DNA of 64,000 bases from an uncultured cyanobacterium (GCA_963703315.1 OY969811.1:3904001-3968000); one strand, 5' to 3'. Positions 20,919-32,565 are shown, numbered from the stretch's first letter. Numbers and translations are program-made. The notes: a model not told the origin generated them from the letters alone.

Positions 20919-21200
20919 ATGTCAGCTAATCAAGGACAACAACTCGAAAAGTATAGTAGTCAACATCCTCAAGAAGTTTTACTAGTTAAGCTCAAAATTG
21001 ATGAAGAACTGGATGAAGTTATGATTTTTAAAGGATTTTCTAGCTCCTTAATGCGATCGACTGCCTTTGATCCTGATGTATCCGTAATTAGCGATCGCGC
21101 TGAAATTTTGACTATTGATCGCCTCACCGCACCCTATCAACCAAATCAGCCTCACTACATCCAACAAGGGATAACATGGAAAGAATTCCAAGATTTATAG
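20919..21200 (+). CDS. conserved small cyanobacterial hypothetical protein
   Basis: LE.YS...P.EVL.V...IFKGFSSSL...T.FDPD..V pattern. Confidence 0.8.
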   Translation: MSANQGQQLEKYSSQHPQEVLLVKLKIDEELDEVMIFKGFSSSLMRSTAFDPDVSVISDRAEILTIDRLTAPYQPNQPHYIQQGITWKEFQDL

Positions 21201-21274
21201 CGATCGCCAGTTATGTCAGGACAAAACCAATAAATAGAGTTGCGCCGCAACTCTATTTGAGGTTGATCGCTATA
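21196..21274. mobile_element. MITE-like TATAGC...GCTATA element with inner hairpin (21232-21258)
   Basis: tatagcgatc...gatcgctata ends; aggacaaaacc internal motif shared with other copies. Confidence 0.6.
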
Positions 21275-21314
21275 TTTGATCTCAAATTGATGTAATCGTA
21301 ATTCCTATTTTTTT

Positions 21315-22649
21315 ATGCTTAACGAAACAAGGCAATCAATTTATACAAAGCAGGTGAAAATCGCCTCAATTTTGCTGTACCAAAATGTGTTACAGCAGGA
21401 AACATGGGAATCCTATGTCAAACTATTGCATTGCCTTGCTAACTATCTACTTGATGGGCATGAAAATAGTTCGCGGCGACTCAGTTATTTATTCGCCTAT
21501 GGCAAATGGTTTCGAGCGATCGCGGCTACGGGCTACAACTGGAGAGATTACGTGATTTCGCAGATTCTGGCATCTGATAATCCTTTTAGTCAGCAAGCGC
21601 AAACGACAGAACTGCGGCAATTACCTGCATCCTTAGTATTGGCAGCTAAGCATGATCTACAAGTTTTAGAAGAGTTAAGTCTTTGGGGTGGAGATAAATT
21701 AGTCGATTTTATTGAGTCCTTTGGCGATCGCTCAGTGGCTTGGCAATTAACAGATAGCGATTTATCTAAACTCTCAGAAACAAAGCGTTCTCTGATTCTC
21801 AAATTTCAGGCAACTGATGGCTGGACAGAACTTTTGCCAGACCTAGCCAATTACTATAAGCACTCAGGTACAGGCATCTTTACTGACTATGAGGCATTCC
21901 GTTGGCATAAAGGACATTTGGAAGGGATTGCTTATCCTGATTTAGTCCAGTTATCGGATCTGATTGGTTACGAGTCGCAGCGCCAAACTCTATACAAAAA
22001 TACAGAAGCGTTTTTGGCTGGCTATCACGCTTTACACGTCCTGCTCTATGGCAGTCGTGGTACAGGTAAGTCGTCAATGGTCAAGTCTTTAATGTATGCC
22101 TATCGCGATCGCGGTTTACGTCTCGTCGAAGTCTCTAAAGATGCGCTAAAAGATTTACCCACCATTGCCGACATTCTGCGCCAAGTTCCCCAGAAATTTA
22201 TTATTTTTGTCGATGATTTGTCCTTTGAAGAAGAAAGCGAAGACTATAAAGCGCTCAAGGTGGTTTTGGAAGGAAATCTTTCGGCTCAACCAAACAACCT
22301 CTTAGTTTACGCAACTTCTAACCGTCGCCATTTATTGCGTGAATACTTTAGCGATCGCCCTAGCTTAAAAGATCTCAGCGATCGTAAGGAGGTCAATCCT
22401 TGGGATACAGTGCAGGAAAAGTTATCTTTAAGTGATCGCTTTGGTTTAACTTTGACCTTCCTCAATGCCGATCAAGAAATCTATCTCAAAATCGTGCATC
22501 ATCTGGCTAAACGTGCGGGGATTGAATTACTTGATGATGATCTCAATTTTCGGGCTTTGCAATGGGCAACTCGGAATAATGGACAGTCAGGACGTACTGC
22601 CCAGCAATTTGTCGATTTTCTGCAAGCAGATCTCCAACTGAAGAGTTGA
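21315..22649 (+). CDS. DUF815-family AAA+ ATPase
   Basis: LLYGSRGTGKSS, FVDDLSFE, YATSNRRHL, EKLSLSDRFGL, SGRTA.QF. Confidence 0.92.
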   Translation: MLNETRQSIYTKQVKIASILLYQNVLQQETWESYVKLLHCLANYLLDGHENSSRRLSYLFAYGKWFRAIAATGYNWRDYVISQILASDNPFSQQAQTTELRQLPASLVLAAKHDLQVLEELSLWGGDKLVDFIESFGDRSVAWQLTDSDLSKLSETKRSLILKFQATDGWTELLPDLANYYKHSGTGIFTDYEAFRWHKGHLEGIAYPDLVQLSDLIGYESQRQTLYKNTEAFLAGYHALHVLLYGSRGTGKSSMVKSLMYAYRDRGLRLVEVSKDALKDLPTIADILRQVPQKFIIFVDDLSFEEESEDYKALKVVLEGNLSAQPNNLLVYATSNRRHLLREYFSDRPSLKDLSDRKEVNPWDTVQEKLSLSDRFGLTLTFLNADQEIYLKIVHHLAKRAGIELLDDDLNFRALQWATRNNGQSGRTAQQFVDFLQADLQLKS

Positions 22650-22666
22650 GAAGTAAGGTAATAACA

Positions 22667-23266
22667 ATGGCTCTCTCTGGATTACCAAATATTTTGCATG
22701 ACATTCAGTCGCGTACTAGTTGGCAGCAACGCTGTCAGTATTTACTGATTGTCGAAAAGTGGGCTGATATTGTTGGTGAGTCGGTAGCCCAGCAAACCTG
22801 TCCGATTGGAGTCTATCAAAAGTCTTTACAAGTGGCAGTTTCTAGTCCAGTTTGGTCACAGGCACTTACCTTTGAGCGCGTGCGGCTGTTAGCGAAGATT
22901 AATACTTTGCTGGGTCGCTCTAATACTTTAGCGATCGCCGATATTCATTTCTCAACGGCTAAATGGGCTACGCATCAACAAACTTTAAAACAGAGTAAGT
23001 TTGTCAACCAAGAGCATCCCAGTTATTTACCCGCGATCGCCAATGAATCACCCAAAAATAAGCGGCAGGAGCGGCAGGATCAGTTAGCCGAGACTCCTAA
23101 ACCACCTGAAACTGCTAGCGAAGCATTTCAACGTTGGCAATCGGTAATGAAGCTCCGAACCACTCAGATGCCTAAATGTCCACGCTGCGATCGCCCCGCC
23201 CTCACAGGAGAAATATCGCGTTGGCAAATGTGCCGCGTTTGTGCGATCGAACATTTATTCAAATAG
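22667..23266 (+). CDS. dciA: DciA/DUF721 family protein with C-terminal Zn ribbon
   Basis: W..IVG..VA.QT.P...L.VAV.S..W.Q.L; CPRC...C.VC. Confidence 0.8.
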   Translation: MALSGLPNILHDIQSRTSWQQRCQYLLIVEKWADIVGESVAQQTCPIGVYQKSLQVAVSSPVWSQALTFERVRLLAKINTLLGRSNTLAIADIHFSTAKWATHQQTLKQSKFVNQEHPSYLPAIANESPKNKRQERQDQLAETPKPPETASEAFQRWQSVMKLRTTQMPKCPRCDRPALTGEISRWQMCRVCAIEHLFK

Positions 23267-23280
23267 CTTAATTCCGCATC

Positions 23281-24537
23281 ATGCCCCATCTCGAATCTCT
23301 CCATGCTTGCAATCCTAGCTTTACGCTTTGCTCTGATAGTAAGGCTAATCACTATGTGGACTTGGCAGCAATTAGGGGCGAGGATGTGGTGAAGCGTCTA
23401 CGGCGGGCGATCGCCTTATCTCCCAATAAACCCACTTACCAGCTACTTTCAGGACATATTGGTAGTGGTAAAACGACAGAATTACTCAGATTGAAATTGG
23501 GGCTAGAACAGCAAGGATTTGCTGTAATTTACTGTAGGGTAGACCAATATCTTCAGATTAACGATATTAGCTTAACTGAGCTTTGGCTAGCAATTTTAAA
23601 GTTGATTTTGCAGCAATTAGAGAGTAAGGGAGACTCATTATCTCTGGCTTATTTACCTAATACGATCGCGGAAATCGAAAAATGGATGCGGATATCTGTG
23701 CCTATTGGCGGCTCTACCTATGTGCCACGACTCCAAAGAATTTTACAAGTTCTGCAAGATAGCGATCAAAACCGTCGTCAGTTGCGTCATTATCTAGAGC
23801 CGCGCATCAAAAGTTCATTATTGGCGGCGGGTGAAGAAGTAACTAACATTGAAGTCGATCGCCTGAAGCAAATGGGAAAAAAAGGACTAGTGATTTTAGT
23901 CGATAATCTTGATCGGCTATCGCTGGCACAGGTGGAAATTATTTTTGGCGAAGGTGGTAAGTATTTACGTCAGTTTCAATGTCATACGATTTATACAATG
24001 CCACTGCTAGCGATCGCCGATCATGATGAGCAATTTCAGCAACGTTTACAGCAGCACTTAAAGGGGAATACACCGATTGTGTTACCAAATCTGGCAATAC
24101 GCGATCGGCAAGGTGCAATCAATTCCTCAAGTCTGAACTTATTGCGCCAAGTTGTCTTAGCCAGAGTATTACCAAACCTTGCGGCGGAGAAACGTTTAGA
24201 GAGAGTCACTGATTTCTTTGATCATTTAGCAACTCTCGACCTGCTCTGCGTTTCCAGTCATGGTCATTTACCTTATTTACTGTCACTGTTAGCTGGTTGT
24301 GTGCAATTCCAAGATCTGCCAATTAGCTCCAAAACACTTACCGCAGTCTTGGAAATTGATTATGCAACGAGGCTCGCAACCATTAATGACCAAGATCGCC
24401 AATCCTTGCAACACTATGTGGCTGCACCCTATCGACTGACCCCAGAGGCGATTACTCTATGTCGGCGGCTGTTGCTATTTGCCCATCATGATACGGAAGG
24501 CGATTGGTTTAGCAGTCCCTTTGTCAATCCCAACTAA
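23281..24537 (+). CDS. P-loop NTPase (cyanobacterial GHIG.GK.TEL family)
   Basis: Walker A SGHIGSGKTTEL, Walker B LVILVDNLDR. Confidence 0.85.
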   Translation: MPHLESLHACNPSFTLCSDSKANHYVDLAAIRGEDVVKRLRRAIALSPNKPTYQLLSGHIGSGKTTELLRLKLGLEQQGFAVIYCRVDQYLQINDISLTELWLAILKLILQQLESKGDSLSLAYLPNTIAEIEKWMRISVPIGGSTYVPRLQRILQVLQDSDQNRRQLRHYLEPRIKSSLLAAGEEVTNIEVDRLKQMGKKGLVILVDNLDRLSLAQVEIIFGEGGKYLRQFQCHTIYTMPLLAIADHDEQFQQRLQQHLKGNTPIVLPNLAIRDRQGAINSSSLNLLRQVVLARVLPNLAAEKRLERVTDFFDHLATLDLLCVSSHGHLPYLLSLLAGCVQFQDLPISSKTLTAVLEIDYATRLATINDQDRQSLQHYVAAPYRLTPEAITLCRRLLLFAHHDTEGDWFSSPFVNPN

Positions 24538-24592
24538 AGGAAGCAAATTTTTGTGGCGCGGCTTTGCCGCGCCACAAAAATTTGCTTCCTTT
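24536..24592. terminator. perfect 27-bp-arm hairpin filling the whole gap between convergent genes; likely bidirectional terminator
   Basis: aaaggaagcaaatttttgtggcgcggc-ttt-gccgcgccacaaaaatttgcttccttt. Confidence 0.75.
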
Positions 24593-27471
24593 TACTGCAC
24601 AAGTTCCCCTAAACAATTAATCAATTCGCCAACCACGATAGGTTTACTGAGATATCCATTCGCGCCGAGACTGATCGCTTTTTGCCGATGCCGATCGCCT
24701 GTGCGGGAGGTCAGCATCACTACGGGCAGAGCGTACCAAAGATCGTGGGTGCGAACGGTTTGTAGTAGATTAAATCCATTCACTCTTGGCATTTCCACAT
24801 CGGAGATCACCATCGAAACTTTGCCTTGAACGCGATTAAGTACATCAAGGGCTTCTTGACCATCACGACAGGCAATCACTTCAAAATCTAATTGCTTCAG
24901 CATTCGCTCTAGCATATTTCGAGTTGCGATCGAATCCTCCGCAATCAAAATTGTCTTGACTCTTTTTTGAGCAACATTAACTTCTGGGTTGCCCTTGACC
25001 GCTAATTTTTGATTAACTTTTTGCTTGGATTTTGCAGTATTTTTCTGGAGCAGAACATTTAAGTTGTCAGGAACTAAAACAGGTACAACTTGCCCTGTGC
25101 CTAAAATCGTACAACCTGCGAGATAACTGGGAGTAGCTACACTGCGATCAAAAGGTTTTAGAATTAATTGTCGTTCTTCAATAATCGTGTCAATGGCTAC
25201 AGCGATCGGGAGATCGTTCCGATTGAGAACTAAACATACCTTAGCGAGTAATTCATGATTTCCCTCAATATAGGGAAGAGCTTGTTTGAGATGTAATAAC
25301 GGGATGAATTTCTTTCGCCAAGCGAGTTCTGTTGAGTTGTTTGCTTGAGAAATCTGAGCTTCTGCATAAGGAAAAATATCTAAGATATCGTTAGCAGGAA
25401 TTGCAATGAGGTTCTCGCCGATCGCACAAATCAGTAATGTAATGAGACTCAACCCAAGCGGTAACCGAATTGTAAACGTCGTTCCCTGACCTTGTAAGGT
25501 CTCAACTTGGATATTCCCGCGCAAACGGTTGATTTGCGATCGCACAATATCTAAGCCCATGCCGCGCCCAGAGATATCACTCACAACATTGCGGGTTGAG
25601 AAATGGGGCTGAAAAATAAAATTGAGAATTTCTTGACGTGGAAGTTTGCCAATGGGAATTTCGGCAGGACAAATATTTCTCTCAACGGCGCGATCGTAAA
25701 CTTTTTGGAGATTAATGCCATCACCATCGTCCTTAAGCGAAATAACTACTTGATTTCCTGCAATAACGGCGCTAAGGGTGAGAATTGCTGTCTCAGGCTT
25801 GCCCAATTCCAATCGAGTCTCAGGCATCTCCACACCATGATCGAAGGCATTGATTAATAGATGGTTTAATGGTGTTTGTAATTGTTCTAAGATTACTTGG
25901 TCAATGGGAACATCTTCACCTTGAATGACTAGTTCTACTTGTTTGTTAAAGCGCTGACAGAGCCGCTTCAGTTGTGGCACAAATCGACTCGCAAGGGTTT
26001 TAAAAGGAACCAGACGGGATTGGGTTAATTGACCATAGAGCCGATCTAAATCCTGCCGTAAATATTCGATTTCTTCGCCTAAGTCGCGATAACTTAGGTC
26101 AATGTCAGAGCGACTTTCCCGAACGCGCAGCAGGACTTCTTGAAAATTTTGCAGAGTAATATGCGAAGAAGAATATTGATCAAGTTCTAATTGATCAAAA
26201 TCCTCATTGATCTGGTTGCTGACCGCTTGATTAATTATAGAACTATTTTGGGAATTAGGATTTGGTGTCGCGATCGCCAGTTGATCGTAAACTGTCTGCA
26301 CTTGCTCCTGTAGCGGAATCATCTGCAATACCAGCGACTGTAAATTTTTATTGGTCTGTCCTAATTGCTGCTGTTGTCGCAGTAAACGTTCATGGCGCAA
26401 GATCATTTCGGCGACTGTATTAGTCATACTCTCAATTTGAGCAGAGGGAATCCGCAAATACGAAATTGCTTCGGAGGTGGCAGGGGCGAGCGCTGGTGAT
26501 TCGAGTACAGTTTGGATCGGATTGACAACTTTCTGTTCAATGATCGGTTCTGCAATGACGGTCGAACTATGATCTATATTTGATGCCTGAATGATCGATT
26601 TTGCTTGACTCTCATCAGCTTCTTTTGGTGCAGAAGTTAATTGAGATGATCCTTCTGTAATGGGAGCATCGCCATAGAGATATTGCAAACGCTGCGATCG
26701 CAACCTGTTGATCACAACTTGGACTTCTGACAGGAGGTTCGTGATCTCCTTTTCTTGGGGAAGACGTGCTTCAAAAGGTTCCACTGTGTCAATCAGCCAA
26801 TCTAGCCGCAAAGTATCACCGAGCAGTAGACATTCTTCACAAAAATATTGTAGTTCTACTCTAATGGCGGTTTCAGATAAAGATGCATTGGCTAATAATT
26901 TAGTTTCTACTTGCTTAATACAGGCTTCTAAATCCTTCTCTAAGGAAGATATAACAATGGGACTAAGGGTTGACTTGGGCTGATTGGGACTATTGGCGAT
27001 CGCATCGGTGGTTGACGTGTTTTCCTCTGATTTCTCAGATTCATCGTTAACGATCGCGAGTAAAGCATCCAATTTCTGCAATAGTTCGAGATCGATATTA
27101 ATGTCAACTAAGGCATTATTTGGTAAATTGCTTGCCTGCGAAAGTACTGCCGCTACTTCATCAATGCCCTGACTTAACACTTCCGCAATCGTAGTGCGAT
27201 CGCAAAATTCGTTATGTTGCAAAATCTCTAGCAGATCTTCTAATTTATGCGCGAGCTTGCTGAGACTGAGTAATTCAGCGATCGCTGAACCACCTTTGAG
27301 AGAATGTGCCGCGTGCATCAAAAAGATGTAGTCAGGTTTTCCCGCTTGGATTTGGGCTAAACCGCGTTGGAGATTTGCCAAATAACCAGGTGCATCCTCA
27401 TTGAGAAAGCATTGACGAGTTTCAATCGCAATCTCATTTAAAACCTCGGCATTTAAAGTTCGCATGGGCAT
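24592..27471 (-). CDS. cheA: CheA-like hybrid histidine kinase (Hpt, HATPase, CheW, REC)
   Basis: AAHSLKG Hpt motif, HLLINAFDHG, DDGDG, SGRGMGLD, C-terminal REC (SDVEMP). Confidence 0.95.
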   Translation of the reverse strand: MPMRTLNAEVLNEIAIETRQCFLNEDAPGYLANLQRGLAQIQAGKPDYIFLMHAAHSLKGGSAIAELLSLSKLAHKLEDLLEILQHNEFCDRTTIAEVLSQGIDEVAAVLSQASNLPNNALVDINIDLELLQKLDALLAIVNDESEKSEENTSTTDAIANSPNQPKSTLSPIVISSLEKDLEACIKQVETKLLANASLSETAIRVELQYFCEECLLLGDTLRLDWLIDTVEPFEARLPQEKEITNLLSEVQVVINRLRSQRLQYLYGDAPITEGSSQLTSAPKEADESQAKSIIQASNIDHSSTVIAEPIIEQKVVNPIQTVLESPALAPATSEAISYLRIPSAQIESMTNTVAEMILRHERLLRQQQQLGQTNKNLQSLVLQMIPLQEQVQTVYDQLAIATPNPNSQNSSIINQAVSNQINEDFDQLELDQYSSSHITLQNFQEVLLRVRESRSDIDLSYRDLGEEIEYLRQDLDRLYGQLTQSRLVPFKTLASRFVPQLKRLCQRFNKQVELVIQGEDVPIDQVILEQLQTPLNHLLINAFDHGVEMPETRLELGKPETAILTLSAVIAGNQVVISLKDDGDGINLQKVYDRAVERNICPAEIPIGKLPRQEILNFIFQPHFSTRNVVSDISGRGMGLDIVRSQINRLRGNIQVETLQGQGTTFTIRLPLGLSLITLLICAIGENLIAIPANDILDIFPYAEAQISQANNSTELAWRKKFIPLLHLKQALPYIEGNHELLAKVCLVLNRNDLPIAVAIDTIIEERQLILKPFDRSVATPSYLAGCTILGTGQVVPVLVPDNLNVLLQKNTAKSKQKVNQKLAVKGNPEVNVAQKRVKTILIAEDSIATRNMLERMLKQLDFEVIACRDGQEALDVLNRVQGKVSMVISDVEMPRVNGFNLLQTVRTHDLWYALPVVMLTSRTGDRHRQKAISLGANGYLSKPIVVGELINCLGELVQ

Positions 27472-27486
27472 AATCTTGCAAATTGC

Positions 27487-30204
27487 TTACTCGGATTTTT
27501 CTAGACGGAACTGACGTACGGAGGTTTGCAGTTCATCAACTACTCCCACCAGTACTTGCAGCGAGGAAACGACGGTTTGGGTATCGGTGGCGGTGGATTG
27601 GGCGATCGCATTGGCATTTTCCATAATGCTGTTCACCTTTTGCGAGACTTGAGTTTGGGAAATCGTACTGCTGGAAATGGTCTGTAAGTAGTTGTCGATG
27701 GTTTGGCTCAGATCTGCCAAGTCCTTCAGCGTTTCCTTAGTTTCTTCAACGGATTGGGTTCCCGCGACAACCTCCGCAGTTCCTATTTCCATCGCTTTTA
27801 GTACTTCTGTAGTCTCTTGCTGAATGTTGGTAACCAGTAACTGAATTTCTCTGGTTGCATCGGTTACGCGATCAGCTAAGCGCCTCACCTCATCGGCAAC
27901 GACCCGAAAACCCTGTCCATTTTCACCTGCTCTAGCCGCTTCGATGGAAGCGTTAAAAGCGAGTAAGTTGGTTTTCTCGGAGATACTAGAAATAATCGAT
28001 ACAATTTGCGAAACCTCTTGGGATGACTCGGCAAGTTGCTTCATCTTTTTCGATGTAGCGGCAACCGTAGACCGAATTGCTTTAATACTGCCGACCGTGC
28101 GATCCATTTTCACATCACCTTCTCTCGCCGCGATCGCCGCTTTTCTTGCCACACCTGCCGCATCCTGAGCCGATTGAGCTACCTGTGCGATCGACTGCGT
28201 ATTTTGTTCTACCGCTTCAAGGGCTTGAGCGATACCGTCAGACTGTGCCAACGATGCACTGGAAAACTTCTGGACGGAGTTTTCACTTTCTTTTGCCAGC
28301 GATTCTGCATGGATTGCCGTAGATTTGACTTCTTCCACCAAGTTCCGCAATTTGCGAATCGTGGCGTTAAAAGCATCAGCGATCGAGCCAACCACACCAT
28401 CTGTGACCTTTGCCTCAGCCGTTAAGTCACCTTTTTGTGCGCCTTCAATTTCCAAGAGCAGATTGATAACTTCCCTTTGCAGCAATTCCTTCTCTTTACG
28501 TTGGATTTCCGCTTCCTGCTCCTTGAGTAGAGACTGTTGTGCTAGCGCCTTCTCAGACATCTCAATACTGTCTGCCATGCTGTTAAAGGATTGCGCTAAT
28601 TCCCCAATTTCATCTTTAGCAAATACCTCTGCTCTTGCCTTGCGATCGCCTAATGTAAATCGCTTAGCGATCGGAGTGAGAGATTGTACAGGCTTAGCAA
28701 CCACCCGATCCAAAAATCTTGCTAATAAAATATCCAAAAGAATGACGATCGCTGCGGAAATACTGAGGGCAATCCATGTATTTTTCAACAAATCGTTCAT
28801 TTCCGTTTCAGGTGTCCCCCGCACCAGAATGCCGACAGGAGCATTGCTATACTTGGGTACAGCCCCTTTATCAGTTTCAATAATGCGATTGGGAACGGCT
28901 CTCGCTGCCATCGTGTAATAGGTATTCCCCACTAACACCCGACCTGTTACTGTTTGTCCATTTTCCGCAGCCGCAGCACGACTGAGTAACTCATCTGCTG
29001 CTGCCCCTGAGATTGGCAGATTAGCATTACTCGTCTCAAAGTTGGGTTGTTCAATGGAAGTCGCGATCGCAAATTCGCCCGATGGTTTGCGATAGTACAC
29101 CGCACCATAGCCGCCTAATCCTTTCTTGCCAGTCGTTTGAGCCGTTGATGCCAGAGCTTTGAGCGTATTATCGACAATGGGAGCTTTTTTATTGACGATA
29201 TCTCCTGAAATCAACACGCCAATAATTTTCTGAGTTGCGGGATCTTTAACTGCTGTAGCGGTGTAACGAATGAGAGAATCAATCGGTGTAAAGCCATCGG
29301 GCAAAGGCGGCGCTTCCTTTTGCAGATCATCAGCACTAACGATCGCGGTTGCTTTGATTTGACTAGGATCTGCCAGAATATCGCTTACTAAATTATTGGG
29401 ATTAAAGTCTTGCCCTGTGCGATCGCTATTAGCACTGACAATCACCTTCGCATCGACACCAACTAGGGTCGCATATTCAATCTTTCTTGCCTTAATTTCG
29501 TTCTCCAGAATCTTCTTCACCTGCTCTTTGAGAGGGGCGGGAACTGGTTGCTTAGTGGCATAGTTGCTAGCCGCACTAATTACTGCCGCGTTGTCTGACT
29601 GCCCCCGAAACCCAAACCCCATCTGATTAATTTTGATGTTGTAGTTGATTTCCATAACCGACACTTCCGACTGTGCCTGTTTGAATAACTGATCCTGCAA
29701 AGAGCGACCAATTAAGAATGCACCAAAACCCACCAGAGAAAGCGATAACAATTCCGAAACTAATAGAGCCGAAAACTGCTTACGTCCCACAGGTAAATCA
29801 TAAAACCACTGTAATCGCGAAGATTTTTGCGGGGATGTCGCTTTTGACGATTTGGTGACTTTTTTAGCGGGTTGTTGCTCTGATTCTCTGGGAGAGTAAG
29901 TTGATGAACTGGAGGGCGCAGCGATCGCGACACCTTGAGTAGAGCCATACTCCGTTTCTCCCATTGCTTCGATCGCCTTAGTGGCGATCGCGGCATAGGT
30001 TCCATCCTCATCTTCTTCAATAATTTGCTGATAAATTTCGCGTGCCGCATTGGTATTACCTTGGCTCTCCAAATCATAGGCATACAGAATTCGTGCCATC
30101 GGATCGCCGCCTTGTGGTGAATTCCCATTGCCATTAGCAGAGCCTTTCCCATTGCCATTAGGAGCGAGAGATACTGAGGTTAAAGTGTCGTTATTTGGAG
30201 TCAT
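27487..30204 (-). CDS. methyl-accepting chemotaxis protein (TPR-like N-terminus, 2 TM, periplasmic sensor, HAMP, MA domain)
   Basis: [33 protein letters not shown] signature; [17 protein letters not shown]. Confidence 0.95.
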   Translation of the reverse strand: MTPNNDTLTSVSLAPNGNGKGSANGNGNSPQGGDPMARILYAYDLESQGNTNAAREIYQQIIEEDEDGTYAAIATKAIEAMGETEYGSTQGVAIAAPSSSSTYSPRESEQQPAKKVTKSSKATSPQKSSRLQWFYDLPVGRKQFSALLVSELLSLSLVGFGAFLIGRSLQDQLFKQAQSEVSVMEINYNIKINQMGFGFRGQSDNAAVISAASNYATKQPVPAPLKEQVKKILENEIKARKIEYATLVGVDAKVIVSANSDRTGQDFNPNNLVSDILADPSQIKATAIVSADDLQKEAPPLPDGFTPIDSLIRYTATAVKDPATQKIIGVLISGDIVNKKAPIVDNTLKALASTAQTTGKKGLGGYGAVYYRKPSGEFAIATSIEQPNFETSNANLPISGAAADELLSRAAAAENGQTVTGRVLVGNTYYTMAARAVPNRIIETDKGAVPKYSNAPVGILVRGTPETEMNDLLKNTWIALSISAAIVILLDILLARFLDRVVAKPVQSLTPIAKRFTLGDRKARAEVFAKDEIGELAQSFNSMADSIEMSEKALAQQSLLKEQEAEIQRKEKELLQREVINLLLEIEGAQKGDLTAEAKVTDGVVGSIADAFNATIRKLRNLVEEVKSTAIHAESLAKESENSVQKFSSASLAQSDGIAQALEAVEQNTQSIAQVAQSAQDAAGVARKAAIAAREGDVKMDRTVGSIKAIRSTVAATSKKMKQLAESSQEVSQIVSIISSISEKTNLLAFNASIEAARAGENGQGFRVVADEVRRLADRVTDATREIQLLVTNIQQETTEVLKAMEIGTAEVVAGTQSVEETKETLKDLADLSQTIDNYLQTISSSTISQTQVSQKVNSIMENANAIAQSTATDTQTVVSSLQVLVGVVDELQTSVRQFRLEKSE

Positions 30205-30261
30205 GGTTTTAATTAAAAGTTAATAGACTTAACTAGTGGTGTGCAGCTTTGCCGCGCACCA

Positions 30262-30777
30262 CTAATTCTTGACTGGAATACTCGCAATATCGGCTAATTC
30301 CGCGATCGCCTCATTACCCCCCACATCAGGATTTAAAATCCGAAATACCTCATTCACATTCAAAACCCCGTAGGTATTACCATCTAGCTTTACCAATCCT
30401 GATAGCAAAGCCTTAGCCCGTGATGGCAATTTTGCTGGTAAAGCAATTAGCTTTTGAGAATCAAGAGTAACCATTTCCTCCAGTGCTGTCACGATCGAAG
30501 CAAGGCGACGGATTCCCCCATCTGGCATCGGCGCACGCAGAGCGATCGTTATAATTGGTTTTGCCAAAGGCGTTGGCTGAATCCCAAAAAATTTCTCTAA
30601 ATTCAGCACCCATAGTAAACTGCCCCGTTGGTTAGTAATTCCTAACAGACAAGGATCTACCCCCGGAATGGGACTAATGTCTTGAGGCTGTAGCTGCACA
30701 ACCTCATCAACATAACTGACTGGGATTACAATCCGCAGTAATGAAGAAACCCTAATTCGGCAATATTCTTGAATCAT
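30262..30777 (-). CDS. cheW: CheW-like coupling protein
   Basis: ISPIPGV...LLGITNQRGSLLWVLNL. Confidence 0.92.
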   Translation of the reverse strand: MIQEYCRIRVSSLLRIVIPVSYVDEVVQLQPQDISPIPGVDPCLLGITNQRGSLLWVLNLEKFFGIQPTPLAKPIITIALRAPMPDGGIRRLASIVTALEEMVTLDSQKLIALPAKLPSRAKALLSGLVKLDGNTYGVLNVNEVFRILNPDVGGNEAIAELADIASIPVKN

Positions 30778-30846
30778 AGAGATATTCGGAAACGAGTTGA
30801 TGAAGATGATTTACTAAAAGCAGTAAATCATCACTTCTGTAATTAC

Positions 30847-31212
30847 CTAATTAACGTGTTGATAAACCGTATCTAGTAATTGTTTGGGTGCAAATGGCTT
30901 AGTTAAATAGGCATTTCCGCCCTGACGCAAAGCCCAGAATTTATCGAATTCTTGATCTTTAGAAGTACAAAAGATAATCGGAATTTGTTTAAACTGATCT
31001 TCATTGCGAATGGTACGACAGAGATCGAGACCACTTTGACCAGGCATAATCACATCTAAAACAATTAGATTGGGTGGTGTATGGTTAGATAGCCATTGCC
31101 AAGCATCTTCAGCATTTCCTTGCAAAATCACATCAAATCCAGAACGCGATAATAAACTGGAAATAAGTTGCTGTTCTGCGTGTCCATCTTCAACAACGAG
31201 TACGGTTTTCAT
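30847..31212 (-). CDS. cheY: CheY-like single-domain response regulator
   Basis: VVED, LDVIMP, CTSK.QEFDKFW...QG..AYLTKPF. Confidence 0.93.
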   Translation of the reverse strand: MKTVLVVEDGHAEQQLISSLLSRSGFDVILQGNAEDAWQWLSNHTPPNLIVLDVIMPGQSGLDLCRTIRNEDQFKQIPIIFCTSKDQEFDKFWALRQGGNAYLTKPFAPKQLLDTVYQHVN

Positions 31213-31335
31213 AGAGTCTTTAATTATGGTGGTTCTGATTGATTAGGGTTGTGCTGTAAGAACTAGTTTTTGAGTGATGCGGCGATGCTACGCCACCCAA
31301 AATTGGTTCCTTCTTTTGGTTAGAGACTGCTCGAA

Positions 31336-32565
31336 TTAGGATAAACAACTCGAAGAGTCGCCCATCTTTAGGTCAATGTTATTACTAAACTGATTATTGA
31401 GATTTTGGTTGTTTTGGAGAAGGCGCTGAACTTTACTAATGAGTTTGTCCGCATTTACAGGTTTGATGATGTAATCATTTGCCCCTGCGAGTTGCGCCCT
31501 CATGCGATCGATGATGCCATCTCTCCCTGTGAACATCACAATTGGAACATTCCGCATATGTCGCGATTGCCGTAACATTGTGCAGAGTTCATATCCATCA
31601 ATTTCTGGCATAGTAATATCCATTAAAATTAATGCAGGTTTTTGCCTGACTAAGGAAGTCAGACAACTAGTGGGATCGGTAATTCCCAACACTTGAAATC
31701 CAGACATTTCGAGTACCATCTTTACCTGACGCTGCACTGTGTGACTGTCATCGATACAAGCAATCAAAGGACCTGTTGGTGCTTGAAAAGCGATCGCTGG
31801 ACTGGTCTGTGATGGAAATACTTCCAAAATCTTGTTAGCAATTAATGGAGCTAACCATAATGCCAATACATGAGGTTCTATTTCTAACTGACGGCACATC
31901 GTGTAGATGCTGAGTTTCTGCTCTAAGATGTCTAGCCAGACAGATAGACTCACATTTTGTAAGCTGGGATTTTGGGGTGATACCTTTCCTGTTCGTGCAT
32001 TTATTTGATCATTATTGGTATTCTCCCAAAAGTTACTGAAGTCTTTAACTTTGCTGCGATCGAGATATATACGTGCAAACAATGAAGAAATATGGGGATG
32101 GAGCTTCTGCCAAAAGCGCACATGAGTGGAAATTGGTCTCATGAGGTCAGATAATGGTGCAGCAATTAGTACAGGTTTGATGCAAATATTCTGCTCAAAT
32201 TTCACATAGGCACTAGTATGAGAAATTGCATGGATTAAGGCTTCTCTCGAAAGACAAAGAAGGATGCGACGGAATTCAGTAAGGGAAAGCTGGTGTTCCA
32301 CTTGCCATTCATACAGGCTTTCATATTCTGACTTGTCTGCACTAAGTCTTGGTGGGGAAAGATTAGGGTTAATTTGCTGCCAAAGCAAATCAAAGCGCTC
32401 AGGTCTATAACCAATTGTCGTTGCATAATATAGTCGAGAGCCGCCAACGTATAACTGCCAACCAATCGATTCGTCTTGAGGAATTGATATCGATAGACAT
32501 CCTGTTAGCTCTCGTTGAGCAATAACCTGCAATAACTTATACGGATTGTTGAGACTGACTTGCAT
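31336..32565 (-). CDS. PatA-family response regulator (PATAN-like N-terminus plus REC)
   Basis: TGCL.I...W.LY..G.L.YA N-terminus; IACIDDS...LMDITMP..DGYELC REC; first gene of the taxis operon. Confidence 0.88.
   Translation of the reverse strand: MQVSLNNPYKLLQVIAQRELTGCLSISIPQDESIGWQLYVGGSRLYYATTIGYRPERFDLLWQQINPNLSPPRLSADKSEYESLYEWQVEHQLSLTEFRRILLCLSREALIHAISHTSAYVKFEQNICIKPVLIAAPLSDLMRPISTHVRFWQKLHPHISSLFARIYLDRSKVKDFSNFWENTNNDQINARTGKVSPQNPSLQNVSLSVWLDILEQKLSIYTMCRQLEIEPHVLALWLAPLIANKILEVFPSQTSPAIAFQAPTGPLIACIDDSHTVQRQVKMVLEMSGFQVLGITDPTSCLTSLVRQKPALILMDITMPEIDGYELCTMLRQSRHMRNVPIVMFTGRDGIIDRMRAQLAGANDYIIKPVNADKLISKVQRLLQNNQNLNNQFSNNIDLKMGDSSSCLS

Noticed and set aside
28325..28918. 197-aa plus-strand ORF
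   Set aside because: Antisense shadow of the MCP gene with no recognisable motifs; the same applies to 1508-1879, 28036-28425, 54895-55440 and 56940-57260.
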